Shown here: positions 8,110 through 18,662 of the stretch, piece by piece | How the letters are laid out: every line of letters starts with the position of its first letter | How positions within the stretch are numbered: position 1 is the first letter of the stretch | Origin: a bacterium SCSIO 12643 | GTDB taxonomy: Bacteria; Bacteroidota; Bacteroidia; Flavobacteriales_G; Salibacteraceae | Assembly: GCA_024398135.1 (NCBI GenBank) | Contig: CP073750.1 | Span: 4,022,471-4,086,470 of the forward strand | Reading direction: 5' to 3' | DNA: 64,000 nucleotides | Notes under the pieces: generated by a model | What the model saw: only the letters and a program-made list of their open reading frames with translations | What the model was told of the DNA's origin: nothing | Database searches by the model: none | Made by a program: the position numbers and the translations under genes

Positions 8110-9531
8110 CTAATCTTTATTCATACGCACAATTTGCGGGTAAAACTTCCCTTCTACTTGCACGAGTTCACTTTGATATGGCATTATTGCCTCTAAATCT
8201 TTGTACACCATTGGTGCTTCATCTACACCTCCACCAATCAATGTTACACGTTCCTGTTTCAATCTCTTTTTGAGATCACTTCTGGTAAAACACTCTTTGG
8301 CTTTTCGTCTGCTATATCTACGTCCAGCTCCATGTGAGGCTGAGTTTAAGGCATCGGCATTTCCTTTACCTGATACAATGTATCCCGGAGCAGTCATAGA
8401 TGATGGAATAATTCCCCATTCACCACTTTTAGCCGGAGTTGCACCTTTACGGTGGACAATGAATTCCTCACCATTGGATTGTATTTCTTTCCATGCAAAA
8501 TTGTGATGGTTTTCAATCCTCGTAAATGGCTTCAATCCTAATGATTTGGACATTTTCTGATGAATTACATCATGACATGCTTGGGCATAATCTCCTGCCA
8601 GATTCATGGCAATCCAATATTCCATACCCGCTTCAGTATTTAAATCCAACCAGGCCAGGTGTTTTGCTGACTTAGGCAAAATGCAGGTATCCATAGCGAC
8701 TTGTGTATAGTAACTTGCAATCGCTGCACCCAAACCTCTGGAGCCTGAATGCGCTAATACACCAACGTAATTGCCTTCAGGCAGGCCCATGTTATTGGAC
8801 TCGGATAACTCTACTGCTCCTACCTCAACAAAATGATTTCCAGAACCTGAAGTACCCAATTGCCTCATCGCTTTTCCGTGATATTGTCTTAAAAGTTCAA
8901 TTTCATGGAACTCATTCCGATCCAATACTTCATGATCGTCCAATTGATTTTGAATGGTACCAATCCCAAAGTGTGTTTGTTCTTGTAACGCATTTTTGAT
9001 TTTATGCTTATTTCCTGCGATATAATTGGCCGGAACATCATAAATGGTTAAAGACATCCGACAACCAATATCCAGCCCCACACCATATGGAATTACTTCA
9101 TTCTGGGTAGCCAACACCCCTCCTATAGGTAATCCATAACCTACATGTGCATCTGGCATCAAAGCACCATGTTCTGCAACAGGTAACTTCATGACCTGAT
9201 CCATTTGTTTCATGGTATTTTGATCTATAAACTTCTGTCCATAAACCCGATAAGGTTTAGATTCTTTATTCAGTTCAAACACCTTATAATCTAACTCATC
9301 TTCTTCTACATCAGTTAAATGCTCAGCTAACTTTGAAAAAATATGATGTTCCAGATATTCATTTGGATTTGATAATACATGTTCTAATATTTCTAGTTTT
9401 TCTGTTTTTGATAAAAATTTAAAGTCTTTGTGCCTGATCGCTTTTAGAGCCAGACTCTTTGCGACATCAGATACAAAGTCTAATGGCTTTAGATCTCTGA
9501 TCTTAAGTTTTGATGTGCCCATGGCATTCAA
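8110..9531 (-). CDS. rtcB: RtcB-family RNA ligase (RtcB2-type partner of PrfH)
   Basis: 473 aa; conserved RtcB metal-binding/catalytic blocks 'DAHVGYGLPIGGV', 'GSGNHFVE', 'NHHNFAWKE', 'SASHGAGR'. Confidence 0.9.
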   Translation of the reverse strand: MNAMGTSKLKIRDLKPLDFVSDVAKSLALKAIRHKDFKFLSKTEKLEILEHVLSNPNEYLEHHIFSKLAEHLTDVEEDELDYKVFELNKESKPYRVYGQKFIDQNTMKQMDQVMKLPVAEHGALMPDAHVGYGLPIGGVLATQNEVIPYGVGLDIGCRMSLTIYDVPANYIAGNKHKIKNALQEQTHFGIGTIQNQLDDHEVLDRNEFHEIELLRQYHGKAMRQLGTSGSGNHFVEVGAVELSESNNMGLPEGNYVGVLAHSGSRGLGAAIASYYTQVAMDTCILPKSAKHLAWLDLNTEAGMEYWIAMNLAGDYAQACHDVIHQKMSKSLGLKPFTRIENHHNFAWKEIQSNGEEFIVHRKGATPAKSGEWGIIPSSMTAPGYIVSGKGNADALNSASHGAGRRYSRRKAKECFTRSDLKKRLKQERVTLIGGGVDEAPMVYKDLEAIMPYQSELVQVEGKFYPQIVRMNKD

Positions 9532-9845
9532 ATATTTTGTGCAGGTCTATTCCGAAGATCATTAAATCTCCAGATATAAATCCATAACACGGTTATTGAG
9601 CCTGATTAGACTCTTAAAAAAATAAAATGTAAAATGATTCGAAGGGTTGAGATAACCTGATCGAATGAATCAGGAGATATTGAAGCCAGATTCTAAATCT
9701 AAGCCTTCCCGATTACTTTGGTTGTATGTTGAATAAAGTACATCATAACTTGGTCCTCCCTGATCATTAAATTCTACAAAGAGCTACTGGCCGCAAAACT
9801 AACTGCGAATTCATAAAATCAAAATAATTTTTATAAAAAATATTT

Positions 9846-11150
9846 TTAAAGCGCTCTTACCCAGCCCTGAGTCCAGTCATTATCAGGTGAAACCGCTCCT
9901 ATATATTCAGTAGGATCAAACCATGGATACAGCTCCCTAGGGTTTCTTGCTCCATCTTTTTCTATTCCGATATATCCATTCAATGATACCGGATCGGATG
10001 AATTGGTAGGGTCATTTTTGAATTTATCACAATTTTTCCAATTGGTTTGAAAGTTAAATACGCGATTGTTCTTCACTTTTAACGCGGTTAGGTTCATATG
10101 ATAAGTCGTTAACGAATCATTTACTTCAATACCATTACTTCTTGTATCAACACCAGGGCCTTTTACCAACATATTTGTAAATACACCTTTTGTTCCAGCT
10201 CGTAATTTAACACCTGTTGTCGTCCCGTAAACTCTTTCTTTAATAATCATGGTTACGTTAGAGATCATTGGACTTGAATATGGCTCTAAATCATGTTCAT
10301 TTCCATTGTTATCTCCCTCAAATCCACGATCTGAACCTTCATCTCCCTGAACTACGACCAAATGTTGTGCTCTACCTTGCCACCCAAAGGTCCAGTCAAA
10401 CCCATCATCTCGCGCACCGGATGATATCGCGTATTTTATATGTGCAGTTCCGCCAAAAAATTCAAAACCGTCATCGCTACATTTATAAGCTTGTAAATGA
10501 TGTAAATTGGTACCTTTACCTACACCATTAAAGGTAAATCCATTCAGTTCTCCGGTGCACCACTTCCCGGCATACTCCACTCTTACATAACATAACTCTC
10601 CTGAATTATCATTTACATCAGTTCCACCAAACTCACCGGTACCACATTCTCCATAAGCTATAAGTCCATTATTGATTGGTGCTGATCCATTGATGACCAA
10701 ACCACCCCATAATCCCGATTCAGGGTTTTCAACCGGAGATGTAAACACAATTGGCTTTTCAGGAGTTCCACATGCGTAAATTTTAGCTCCACGCTGAACC
10801 GACAAAAATGCACTTCCCTTTGGGTTTCCGTATATATGCGTTCCTGGTTCAATAGTCAAAATACTCCCGGATTCCACATAAACTGCTTCATCCAGCATCC
10901 AGTTATATCCCGAGGTCATTGTAAAATCCGTATTGATTCTTCCGGTAATCACATTGTAATATTTCCCATCAACAAGCTTTTGATCTGTACAAAATGAACT
11001 CGTACCACATGTCGTGGAAAAATTACAACTTCCATCATCTTTTCGAGCTTGAATGTCATAGTTATTCGCCAATGGATCTGTACATCCTCTTCGCTCACAT
11101 CCTGAAGTTATAATCAGAATTATACTCAAAAAAATTACCAATCGATGCAT
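9846..11150 (-). CDS. Surface lipoprotein of unknown function (Gly/Asp-rich, beta-helix-like) downstream of a TonB-dependent receptor
   Basis: Lipoprotein signal 'MHRLVIFLSIILIITSGC'; 56-bp gap after the TonB-dependent receptor gene. Confidence 0.5.
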   Translation of the reverse strand: MHRLVIFLSIILIITSGCERRGCTDPLANNYDIQARKDDGSCNFSTTCGTSSFCTDQKLVDGKYYNVITGRINTDFTMTSGYNWMLDEAVYVESGSILTIEPGTHIYGNPKGSAFLSVQRGAKIYACGTPEKPIVFTSPVENPESGLWGGLVINGSAPINNGLIAYGECGTGEFGGTDVNDNSGELCYVRVEYAGKWCTGELNGFTFNGVGKGTNLHHLQAYKCSDDGFEFFGGTAHIKYAISSGARDDGFDWTFGWQGRAQHLVVVQGDEGSDRGFEGDNNGNEHDLEPYSSPMISNVTMIIKERVYGTTTGVKLRAGTKGVFTNMLVKGPGVDTRSNGIEVNDSLTTYHMNLTALKVKNNRVFNFQTNWKNCDKFKNDPTNSSDPVSLNGYIGIEKDGARNPRELYPWFDPTEYIGAVSPDNDWTQGWVRAL

Positions 11151-11206
11151 CGGCCAAAGGTAACAGGCAAATTTTGAATACAGATTAAACTAAAGTTAAA
11201 TTGCTC

Positions 11207-13585
11207 CTAAAACATTTTTTGACCTGAGAATTCCATCGCTTCTCCTTTTCCAAATGCATAGCTAATTCCTAGTGTTACTCTACGCCCCACTCTCTGACGT
11301 TCGTAGTAACGATCAAAATCCGGAACTTGTGTCCATTCAATTCTTCTATTGGAATTAAACAGATCATTTAAAGTTAAATGTAATACGAATTTCCCTTTGT
11401 GAATCTTCTTTTTCATTCCTAAATCCATCACGGTACGCGCTCTTGTGACGCTTTGTACATCTTCATAATCTGAGCGATAACGAATTCTCACTTCAGCTTC
11501 TATCTGACGTGGTAGTTTAAATTTAGAAGTCCATCTACCCGACCAGAAAAAACTAGAGAAATCAAAGTTTACATCTTCAAACACTCCCGTTCTCTGATAA
11601 TGACTGAAATACGCATTGATCATAATGGTCATCCAACCTATAGACTCCACCTTTCCATTAAACTCAATTCCATTGGTGTAGCTGTTCCCTACGTTTTCAT
11701 AGGTCGTTACAATCAAATCATCAATGGTCTTATTTACCTGAGTCACCACATTTGATGTACTTCTATGGAAAAGTGAAGTGTTTAATGAAGTTTTATTCCA
11801 GATTTTAAGCGAGGTCACTTCTACAGCATGTGTGTATTCAGAAAGCAAATCCGGATTTCCGGTTCTGATACTGTACATATCACGGTATGAGAAAAATGGA
11901 TTCACGTCCCATAGGTCTGGCCTATTGATTCTTCTGGAATATCCTGCTTGTAAACTAAAACTCTTTGAAAACTTATATGTCGTATGGGCACTTGGAAAAA
12001 AGTCCGTGTAATCTTGCGTATTTCTTTCGTTGGTATTTTCCAAAACCGTTTGAATATTGGTATGTTCAACTCTACCTCCTAGTTTTATCCCCAATTTATT
12101 GATCTCCTGATCATAAGTTACATAACCCGCATAAACACTTTGGTTGTAGTCAAATTTGTTGGAGAAATTAATATCATTGATCCAGGTTTCATTTTCCCAG
12201 GAATAAAATGCATAATCATTTACCAGTTGATTCAACTCATACTTCAATCCGGTTTCAATCATCGATTTATCTGATAAAGGATGTGAATAGTCAGTTCGCG
12301 CAGTATAACGCATTTGGTAAAAGTCAGTAGTTGTACGTTGTTTTAAATCATTCTCACTTCCTGCAATAACTTGATTTACAAAATCTGAGGATTGATCTTT
12401 TCCAAAAAAGGAACTTACCATATCAATTGAGAACTTTCTCTTTTTATGAGACTCAAATGATTTCTCATATGTCAATTCATACTCCATTTTGGGATTCACA
12501 GCTTCGGTTAAATCTGTTCTGGAAATCTGAGAGAGTAATAAATCCGGTGACTGAATCGTATTGTAACTCATATCCGCATTTTCATCTTCGATTTCATAAC
12601 CTAAACGCCCGGATATTGTAATCACATTCAAAGGATTGATATAATAATCCATTCCCAAAATCAGATTATAAAACTGCTCATTCTTCTCTCCGGCTCCTTG
12701 CGTATACAGTGTTCTTGGGATACTGTCTTTGTATAAAGTCTCACCTGAATACCGGGAAAGAAATCTTCTGTAACCTACTCCAACTTGCGTAAATAAGTTC
12801 AATTTCTCTGTTCTATGATTTAAGCTAAATCCTAAACTATGATTGTGTGGTACTCCAACATTCAAACTCACTGCCCCGTTGGTACCTTTCTTTTCTGTTT
12901 TCTTTAAAATGATATTGATAATTCCGGAAGTTCCCTCTGCATCATATTTAGCCGATGGATTCGTAATAATCTCCACTTGTTCGATCATATCTGCCGTAAT
13001 GGTACCCAATGAGTTACCATCCGTTAACACGGATGGTTTCCCATTGATAAGAATCAATACCCCTTGATCGCCCCTTAAACTTACTGCCCCTTCAATATTC
13101 ACATCAACCGAAGGCACATTATTCAACACATCTAAAGCGGTCCCGCCAGCACTTATTAAATCCTGACCTACATTAAACACACGTTTATCTGTCTTAAACA
13201 CCGTTTGTGATTTCTCAGCCACCACAGTCATTTCTCCCAATTCATTTTGATTTTGCATCAACTTGATCGCCCCTAATCTCACCTTGCCTTGTTGAATCGC
13301 AAAATCTGTAATTGTTTTAGATTGAAAACCAATAAAATCAACCTTCACATAAAATTGATTCTTTTGGGTAAACATCTTGAATGTCCCTGTGGAGTCAGAT
13401 ATTGTTCCAGTGATCAAACTACTATCGTTTGCATCAAATAACATGATCGTAGCATATTCGACCGGGAGACTTGAAGTGTGTTCGATGATTTTACCGGAAA
13501 CTTCAATCCCGGAAGCATTTGGCCCCTGTGCTTGTATTATGCTACTCATCAAAACAGTCCATGCGAGTACGAATATCTTCTTCAT
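11207..13585 (-). CDS. TonB-dependent outer-membrane receptor (CarboxypepD_reg + plug + beta-barrel)
   Basis: Signal peptide; 'GKIIEHTSSLPVEYATIMLFD' carboxypeptidase-regulatory-like domain; plug 'VPSVDVN...SLRG'; C-terminal aromatic residue. Confidence 0.9.
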   Translation of the reverse strand: MKKIFVLAWTVLMSSIIQAQGPNASGIEVSGKIIEHTSSLPVEYATIMLFDANDSSLITGTISDSTGTFKMFTQKNQFYVKVDFIGFQSKTITDFAIQQGKVRLGAIKLMQNQNELGEMTVVAEKSQTVFKTDKRVFNVGQDLISAGGTALDVLNNVPSVDVNIEGAVSLRGDQGVLILINGKPSVLTDGNSLGTITADMIEQVEIITNPSAKYDAEGTSGIINIILKKTEKKGTNGAVSLNVGVPHNHSLGFSLNHRTEKLNLFTQVGVGYRRFLSRYSGETLYKDSIPRTLYTQGAGEKNEQFYNLILGMDYYINPLNVITISGRLGYEIEDENADMSYNTIQSPDLLLSQISRTDLTEAVNPKMEYELTYEKSFESHKKRKFSIDMVSSFFGKDQSSDFVNQVIAGSENDLKQRTTTDFYQMRYTARTDYSHPLSDKSMIETGLKYELNQLVNDYAFYSWENETWINDINFSNKFDYNQSVYAGYVTYDQEINKLGIKLGGRVEHTNIQTVLENTNERNTQDYTDFFPSAHTTYKFSKSFSLQAGYSRRINRPDLWDVNPFFSYRDMYSIRTGNPDLLSEYTHAVEVTSLKIWNKTSLNTSLFHRSTSNVVTQVNKTIDDLIVTTYENVGNSYTNGIEFNGKVESIGWMTIMINAYFSHYQRTGVFEDVNFDFSSFFWSGRWTSKFKLPRQIEAEVRIRYRSDYEDVQSVTRARTVMDLGMKKKIHKGKFVLHLTLNDLFNSNRRIEWTQVPDFDRYYERQRVGRRVTLGISYAFGKGEAMEFSGQKMF

Positions 13586-13688
13586 GTTATTTTTTCATTT
13601 GCAAGCAAAAAAACGGTGAATTAACTACTTTATAAAAAAAATTCTATGAACGACATTCCTTTATAGACAAACTGTATTTTTAAACTGT

Positions 13689-14771
13689 ATGATGTCGTTT
13701 ATCCTAATCTTTTGGTTGTTGGACGATCATTATTCAAAAATCATTAAAAATCAATTTCTTTTGCACTACATGTCAAAATGGTTTCAGAGATATAAAAAGG
13801 AAATTCTTTACTGGAGTGTATTGATCATTTTGTTGTTTCTATTTGTAGGTTATGACAAAAAGCATCCACAAATCAGATGGTCTGATCTGGCGTTTATTCT
13901 CAATTACTTTGGTGCCTCACTCATCGTTAATTATGTATTAATTCCTCGTTTTTTATATCAAAAAAAATACACCCAATTTTGGATTTATGCGCTATTGATA
14001 CTCATCAACGTTGCGGTGGTTGAGGAATTCGTTTTAGAGCAGATTTTCTATCCTGATACACGTGCACAATATTTTAATGCATTTCTCACCTTTGTGGATG
14101 TTACACCTCCCATGATGTTGTTTGTTGGATTTAAATTCGCCCTGGATGCTTTTGATAAACAAAGTAGGATCGAAAAATTACATCGCATTGCGACTGAAAA
14201 TGAGCTCCAATTTTTAACCGCACAAATCAATCCGCATTTTTTATTTAATAACCTCAACAATATTTATGCACATGCGTTAGAGAATTCTCCTGAAACACCA
14301 CAAATCGTATTACAACTATCAACGATTTTAAGATATATGCTGTATGATTGTCGACAGGATTTTGTATTTCTGAAAGATGAATCTTCTCATTTAGAAGAGT
14401 TTATTAACCTCTATCGAATCCAACATAAAGATGCACGAATCGATTTTAAATCTGAAAACGTTTTATCACATCAAAAAATAGCTCCGCTGATTCTAATTGT
14501 TTTTGTTGAAAATGCTTTTAAACATTCCTTTTCGAGTCAAACGGATTCTATTCAAATCAACATTAATCTTCGAACTGAAAATGGTACATTATTCTTTGAT
14601 TGTGAGAATACTTATGATGAAGTCTCCAACACAGATAATCTATCAAAAGGAATTGGATTGAAAAACGTAAGAAGTCGTTTAAATCTGGTGTATCCGGACC
14701 GTCACCAACTCCAAATCGATCAAGATGAAAACAGATATCATGTATCTTTACAAATTCAAATAACAGAATGA
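13689..14771 (+). CDS. LytS/YehU-type membrane sensor histidine kinase
   Basis: TM helices; 'QINPHFLFNNLNNIYA'; 4-bp overlap (ATGA) with the downstream regulator; start codon uncertain (alternative Met at aa 28). Confidence 0.85.
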   Translation: MMSFILIFWLLDDHYSKIIKNQFLLHYMSKWFQRYKKEILYWSVLIILLFLFVGYDKKHPQIRWSDLAFILNYFGASLIVNYVLIPRFLYQKKYTQFWIYALLILINVAVVEEFVLEQIFYPDTRAQYFNAFLTFVDVTPPMMLFVGFKFALDAFDKQSRIEKLHRIATENELQFLTAQINPHFLFNNLNNIYAHALENSPETPQIVLQLSTILRYMLYDCRQDFVFLKDESSHLEEFINLYRIQHKDARIDFKSENVLSHQKIAPLILIVFVENAFKHSFSSQTDSIQININLRTENGTLFFDCENTYDEVSNTDNLSKGIGLKNVRSRLNLVYPDRHQLQIDQDENRYHVSLQIQITE

Positions 14772-15457
14772 TTCGCTGTATCATCATAGAAGATCAGGAA
14801 CCTGCTCAAAGAATTCTGAAAAGATACATTCAGGAAACTTCTTTTCTGGAGCTGGATCACGTATTCAATAATGGTATTACGGCTTTGGATTATTTGAAAT
14901 CAAGTTCTGTAGATCTCATCTTCCTGGATATTCATTTACCTAAATTATCCGGGATAGACTTTCTGACCATTTTACCTATCGAAACACATGTGATTTTAAC
15001 GACAGCTTTTCCTGATTATGCATTAAAAAGCTACGACTTTGACGTTACAGACTATTTATTGAAACCTTTTTCGTTTGACCGCTTTTCTAAAGCTGTTCTC
15101 AAAGTTCAAAAACTTCATACCCAAAAACCAACAACCCCGGAAGAGTCCAAACCTAACTCTACGCTGGTTAAGACCGGTTATGAGTACATCACTGTTTTAT
15201 TTGATGATATTTTATATATCCAGTCGGATGGAGATTATACCCATGTATATCTTAAAAATCAAAAATTGATGACCTCCTACTCTCTTAAATACTGGCAAAA
15301 CTTGCTTTCTTCCGATTTCTACCAAATTCATCGCTCATTCATCATCAACACCAGATATATCACTAAAATTTCGAGTGGTAAGGTATTTATTCAGGATACA
15401 GCTTTAGCCATTGGACGGGTGTATAAAAAAGGGTTTATTGAAACATACTGTTCTTAA
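14768..15457 (+). CDS. LytTR-family response regulator
   Basis: 'MIRCIIIEDQEPA...FLDIHLP...TTAF...YLLKPF' plus a C-terminal LytTR domain. Confidence 0.9.
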   Translation: MIRCIIIEDQEPAQRILKRYIQETSFLELDHVFNNGITALDYLKSSSVDLIFLDIHLPKLSGIDFLTILPIETHVILTTAFPDYALKSYDFDVTDYLLKPFSFDRFSKAVLKVQKLHTQKPTTPEESKPNSTLVKTGYEYITVLFDDILYIQSDGDYTHVYLKNQKLMTSYSLKYWQNLLSSDFYQIHRSFIINTRYITKISSGKVFIQDTALAIGRVYKKGFIETYCS

Positions 15458-15465
15458 ACAATAAA

Positions 15466-15500
15466 CCCACCGACTCTCAGAATAAGAGCCAGTGGGTCTA
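15466..15500. terminator. Hairpin between convergent genes (acts as a terminator for the minus-strand lipase: stem ACCCAC...GTGGGT then a U-rich tract)
   Basis: 'acccaccgactctcagaataagagccagtgggt'; T-rich on the minus-strand side. Confidence 0.4.
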
Positions 15501-15515
15501 CATACTAACTAAAAA

Positions 15516-16808
15516 TTAATCTATTTCTGAAACAGTTTGCGCGCTTCCGATCTCTTTAAATAATTTGTTCAATACCTGAATACCAAAAATCTGCATGGTA
15601 CCACCTTTCAAATATTCTCTGAGTTTATTCACAAAAATCTCATCTCCGATGTAATTGAAATACGCCTGAACATGTTCTCCGCCAAGTACCATTAAGAACT
15701 TTGCCAGGTATTCCAAATACGGCATCAGCTCAACTATCTGAACTTGTTTATCTACCGCAGGAATGGCACAGATTCTACATAAGCTTTCTCTGGACTCTTT
15801 ATCCGCTTCTAAATCCAGCATTAGTACATCAACAAAACCCTGTACTGCTTTATGTGGTATTTCCTGCACGGGTATACTTGCTTCAAATGTTTGTTCTACA
15901 CTCCAACGTTGATATAAATGTCCATCTGTTAAAGCTTTTTTAGACTTTCCTTTTATCCAATCTATTACAGCATTCACAATAGCTCCATAGCGTGTTTTTG
16001 CATTGGGTAAATATGGTTCAAAAAGGCCATAAATTTGAGTGATCATTTCCGGGTTCCAGGCATGTGGAACTACATCATTTTTATTGTAAACGGAATGTAT
16101 ATCTACATCACCATTCTCCATAAATGTTACAAAATTCGTATCTCCAGGAGTTGGTCCTGCATAGATATAAGACTCAATTTGAATCTCAGGATTTGAACTC
16201 CATAGATTTTGATGATCAGACAGAGCTTGTGCCAATACTGGGGAAATTGCACCGCCCAGACTATGTCCGGTAACCGAAACAGTTTTGATTGTAGGGGTTT
16301 CAGACAAATATTCTTTTAACCAATGATCTAGTTTGACCCCAATCATTTTTTTATCTCTCAGATTCCAGGTATTTTTTAACGCAATAGACGTACCTGTTGC
16401 GATATACCCTTTATCATGATGGGTATCTAAATTAAGCCTGTGGATAATTCCGTTGTTCCAAGGCACCAATGTTTCCGTTTCAACATCCTCCGTAAACCAA
16501 TCATATCTATTAATAAAATTGGTTCCCGCCACTCCGATAATCAACTCTGTTTTTGCTTCATTTTCAAAAATCATTGTGGTATTTCGCGCTTCTTCTTCCG
16601 AGCTACCTAGAATCCACACCTTTAAGCAGGTCCAATTTCCAATCTTTTCGGAAATGGCTTTTTCCTGAAACGCCATATTCATTAATTTACAGCATTCAGT
16701 CTCCGTTTTATATCGGTTAAGTTTTACATGCTTTCCGGATTCGGCATCGGCTAAAAAAGCCATCGCCAACATCATTTTTTCTCGGGTTAATTGATTTGAA
16801 TCATTCAT
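15516..16808 (-). CDS. Class-3 lipase-like alpha/beta hydrolase
   Basis: Nucleophile elbow 'VTGHSLGGAIS' (GHSLG) in a 430-aa protein. Confidence 0.75.
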   Translation of the reverse strand: MNDSNQLTREKMMLAMAFLADAESGKHVKLNRYKTETECCKLMNMAFQEKAISEKIGNWTCLKVWILGSSEEEARNTTMIFENEAKTELIIGVAGTNFINRYDWFTEDVETETLVPWNNGIIHRLNLDTHHDKGYIATGTSIALKNTWNLRDKKMIGVKLDHWLKEYLSETPTIKTVSVTGHSLGGAISPVLAQALSDHQNLWSSNPEIQIESYIYAGPTPGDTNFVTFMENGDVDIHSVYNKNDVVPHAWNPEMITQIYGLFEPYLPNAKTRYGAIVNAVIDWIKGKSKKALTDGHLYQRWSVEQTFEASIPVQEIPHKAVQGFVDVLMLDLEADKESRESLCRICAIPAVDKQVQIVELMPYLEYLAKFLMVLGGEHVQAYFNYIGDEIFVNKLREYLKGGTMQIFGIQVLNKLFKEIGSAQTVSEID

Positions 16809-16929
16809 AATAAAATTGTTAGTGAGTTTGATATTAATTACCCTACAATTTTAAAATCTGATTTGCCATGTTTCTAGGGTATAAATACGTAATTTTTATG
16901 ATAAGTAATTTTACGCACCCACAAAATTA

Positions 16930-17610
16930 TCAACTCATAACTAATGACTTAACTATTTTCCTATGGCGTTCACTCACCGGAATTTCATATTGATCAATTT
17001 TCAACTTATTTGTCGATATTTCACCCACTTTCCTCTTATTCACAATGAATGATCTATGCACCTTAATAAAGTGATCCGGCAATGTCGTTTCTAATGATTT
17101 CAAACTCATCAACGACATGATCTTGTTTCCATTACTTAAATAAAAACGTACATAGTCTTTGATATTTTGAACATATAAAATCTCATTAAAATAGATCTTA
17201 ACCTGCTTGTATTCTGATTTCACATAAATATAGTCAGATTCATCGGATTGATATTTCAAATTAAAGTAGACTCTGGCTTTTTGTATTGCCCCTTCTACTT
17301 GTTCAAAATTGATAGGCTTCATTAAATAATCTAACGCATTTACCGAATAGCTTTTAACCGCATACTCGGCATATGCGGTTGTAAATATAATTCTGGTATC
17401 TTCAGGAATAGACTCAGCCAATTCCATCCCACTAATTTCGGGCATATTGATATCCAAAAAGATAATTTGAATATCGTTGTTATGCACAAATTCTAAAGCT
17501 TTAATAGGATTGAAAAAAACACCCCTTACAAACACATCTGAGATCGCAGATACATGTTCTTGGATCAATGCCTGCGCATACGGCTCATCATCTACAATAA
17601 CACAATTCAT
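16930..17610 (-). CDS. LytTR-family response regulator
   Basis: 'MNCVIVDDEPYA...FLDINMPE...TTAYAEYA...YLMKP' plus LytTR C-terminus. Confidence 0.9.
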   Translation of the reverse strand: MNCVIVDDEPYAQALIQEHVSAISDVFVRGVFFNPIKALEFVHNNDIQIIFLDINMPEISGMELAESIPEDTRIIFTTAYAEYAVKSYSVNALDYLMKPINFEQVEGAIQKARVYFNLKYQSDESDYIYVKSEYKQVKIYFNEILYVQNIKDYVRFYLSNGNKIMSLMSLKSLETTLPDHFIKVHRSFIVNKRKVGEISTNKLKIDQYEIPVSERHRKIVKSLVMS

Positions 17611-17611
17611 C

Positions 17612-18658
17612 CTATACTTTAATTCTTAGTTCAACCATATACTGCTCATCCGTATCATTAATGCTGATATGATAATCATCCGCATCATAAATCAATTGCA
17701 ATCGCTTTCTAACATTCGCTAGCCCTACTCCTCCTTTTTCTTTGTTTACACCTTTAGTATTATCCACATTTAAATACAAATCTTGTCCAACTTGATAAAT
17801 GGCAACCTGAATATTGGCAATTCCATCATTGTTAACCCCATGCTTGAATGCATTTTCTACAAATGCAATAAATATCAGTGGTGGCAAATAAATATATTGA
17901 TCGATATCATCCTCAATATCCAGGACAATCTTACTTTTTTCATTTAGCCTAATTTTCATTAAGCCTATATATTCTCTCATAAAATCTAATTCGTGTTTTA
18001 AATACACTTTAGGATTATCAGAATCATACAACACATACCTCATGATTTGGGATAGTTGTAAAACGGTCTTTCGAGCTTTTTCCTGATCTATTTGAATTAA
18101 GGCATAAATGTTATTCAACGTATTGAAAAACAAATGCGGATTCACCTGGTTTTTAAGAAAAGCCAATTCTGCTTCAATTCTGTCCTGTTCTATTTTTTTT
18201 CTTTCTTCCTCGCGTTTATAGTGCTGTGAAGCAAAAGAGCTAATAACACCAAGTATTACTGCAAATACAGCAATCATGGTAGGAACATCTTCCTTATCGT
18301 CCTCCTCTTCATAATCTTCATGCTCTTCAAAATACTTATCAAGTTTTTTGAAGGTTTGATCAAAATCAATGGCATGTGATATGGATAAATTAACAACATA
18401 AACACTCCCAATAACAATAAATAAGGTCAATATATACGCTCCCACTTTTTTCCTAAATAACAATCTGGGAATCAGCAAGTACACATTGAGATAATAAATC
18501 CCACTTGCTACTAAAATTGATAAGAATAGTTTGATATGGAATTCATGCGGAATCTTTGTGAAAGGGACTGGTAGAGATAAATCTACCAATACAAAAACAC
18601 CCATCCATACCATTACATGTAAGATGACCTTAAACACTTTCTGTTTTAATATTCCCAT
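17612..18658 (-). CDS. LytS/YehU-type membrane sensor histidine kinase
   Basis: TM region; acidic linker; 'QVNPHLFFNTLNNIYA'. Confidence 0.85.
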   Translation of the reverse strand: MGILKQKVFKVILHVMVWMGVFVLVDLSLPVPFTKIPHEFHIKLFLSILVASGIYYLNVYLLIPRLLFRKKVGAYILTLFIVIGSVYVVNLSISHAIDFDQTFKKLDKYFEEHEDYEEEDDKEDVPTMIAVFAVILGVISSFASQHYKREEERKKIEQDRIEAELAFLKNQVNPHLFFNTLNNIYALIQIDQEKARKTVLQLSQIMRYVLYDSDNPKVYLKHELDFMREYIGLMKIRLNEKSKIVLDIEDDIDQYIYLPPLIFIAFVENAFKHGVNNDGIANIQVAIYQVGQDLYLNVDNTKGVNKEKGGVGLANVRKRLQLIYDADDYHISINDTDEQYMVELRIKV

Positions 18659-18662
18659 AAAC

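Noticed and set aside
9654-9672. Hairpin CCTGAT-N7-ATCAGG in the rtcB upstream region
   Set aside because: Short (6-bp) stem with no adjacent U-run; could be a regulator site but equally chance in AT-rich DNA. Not enough to call.
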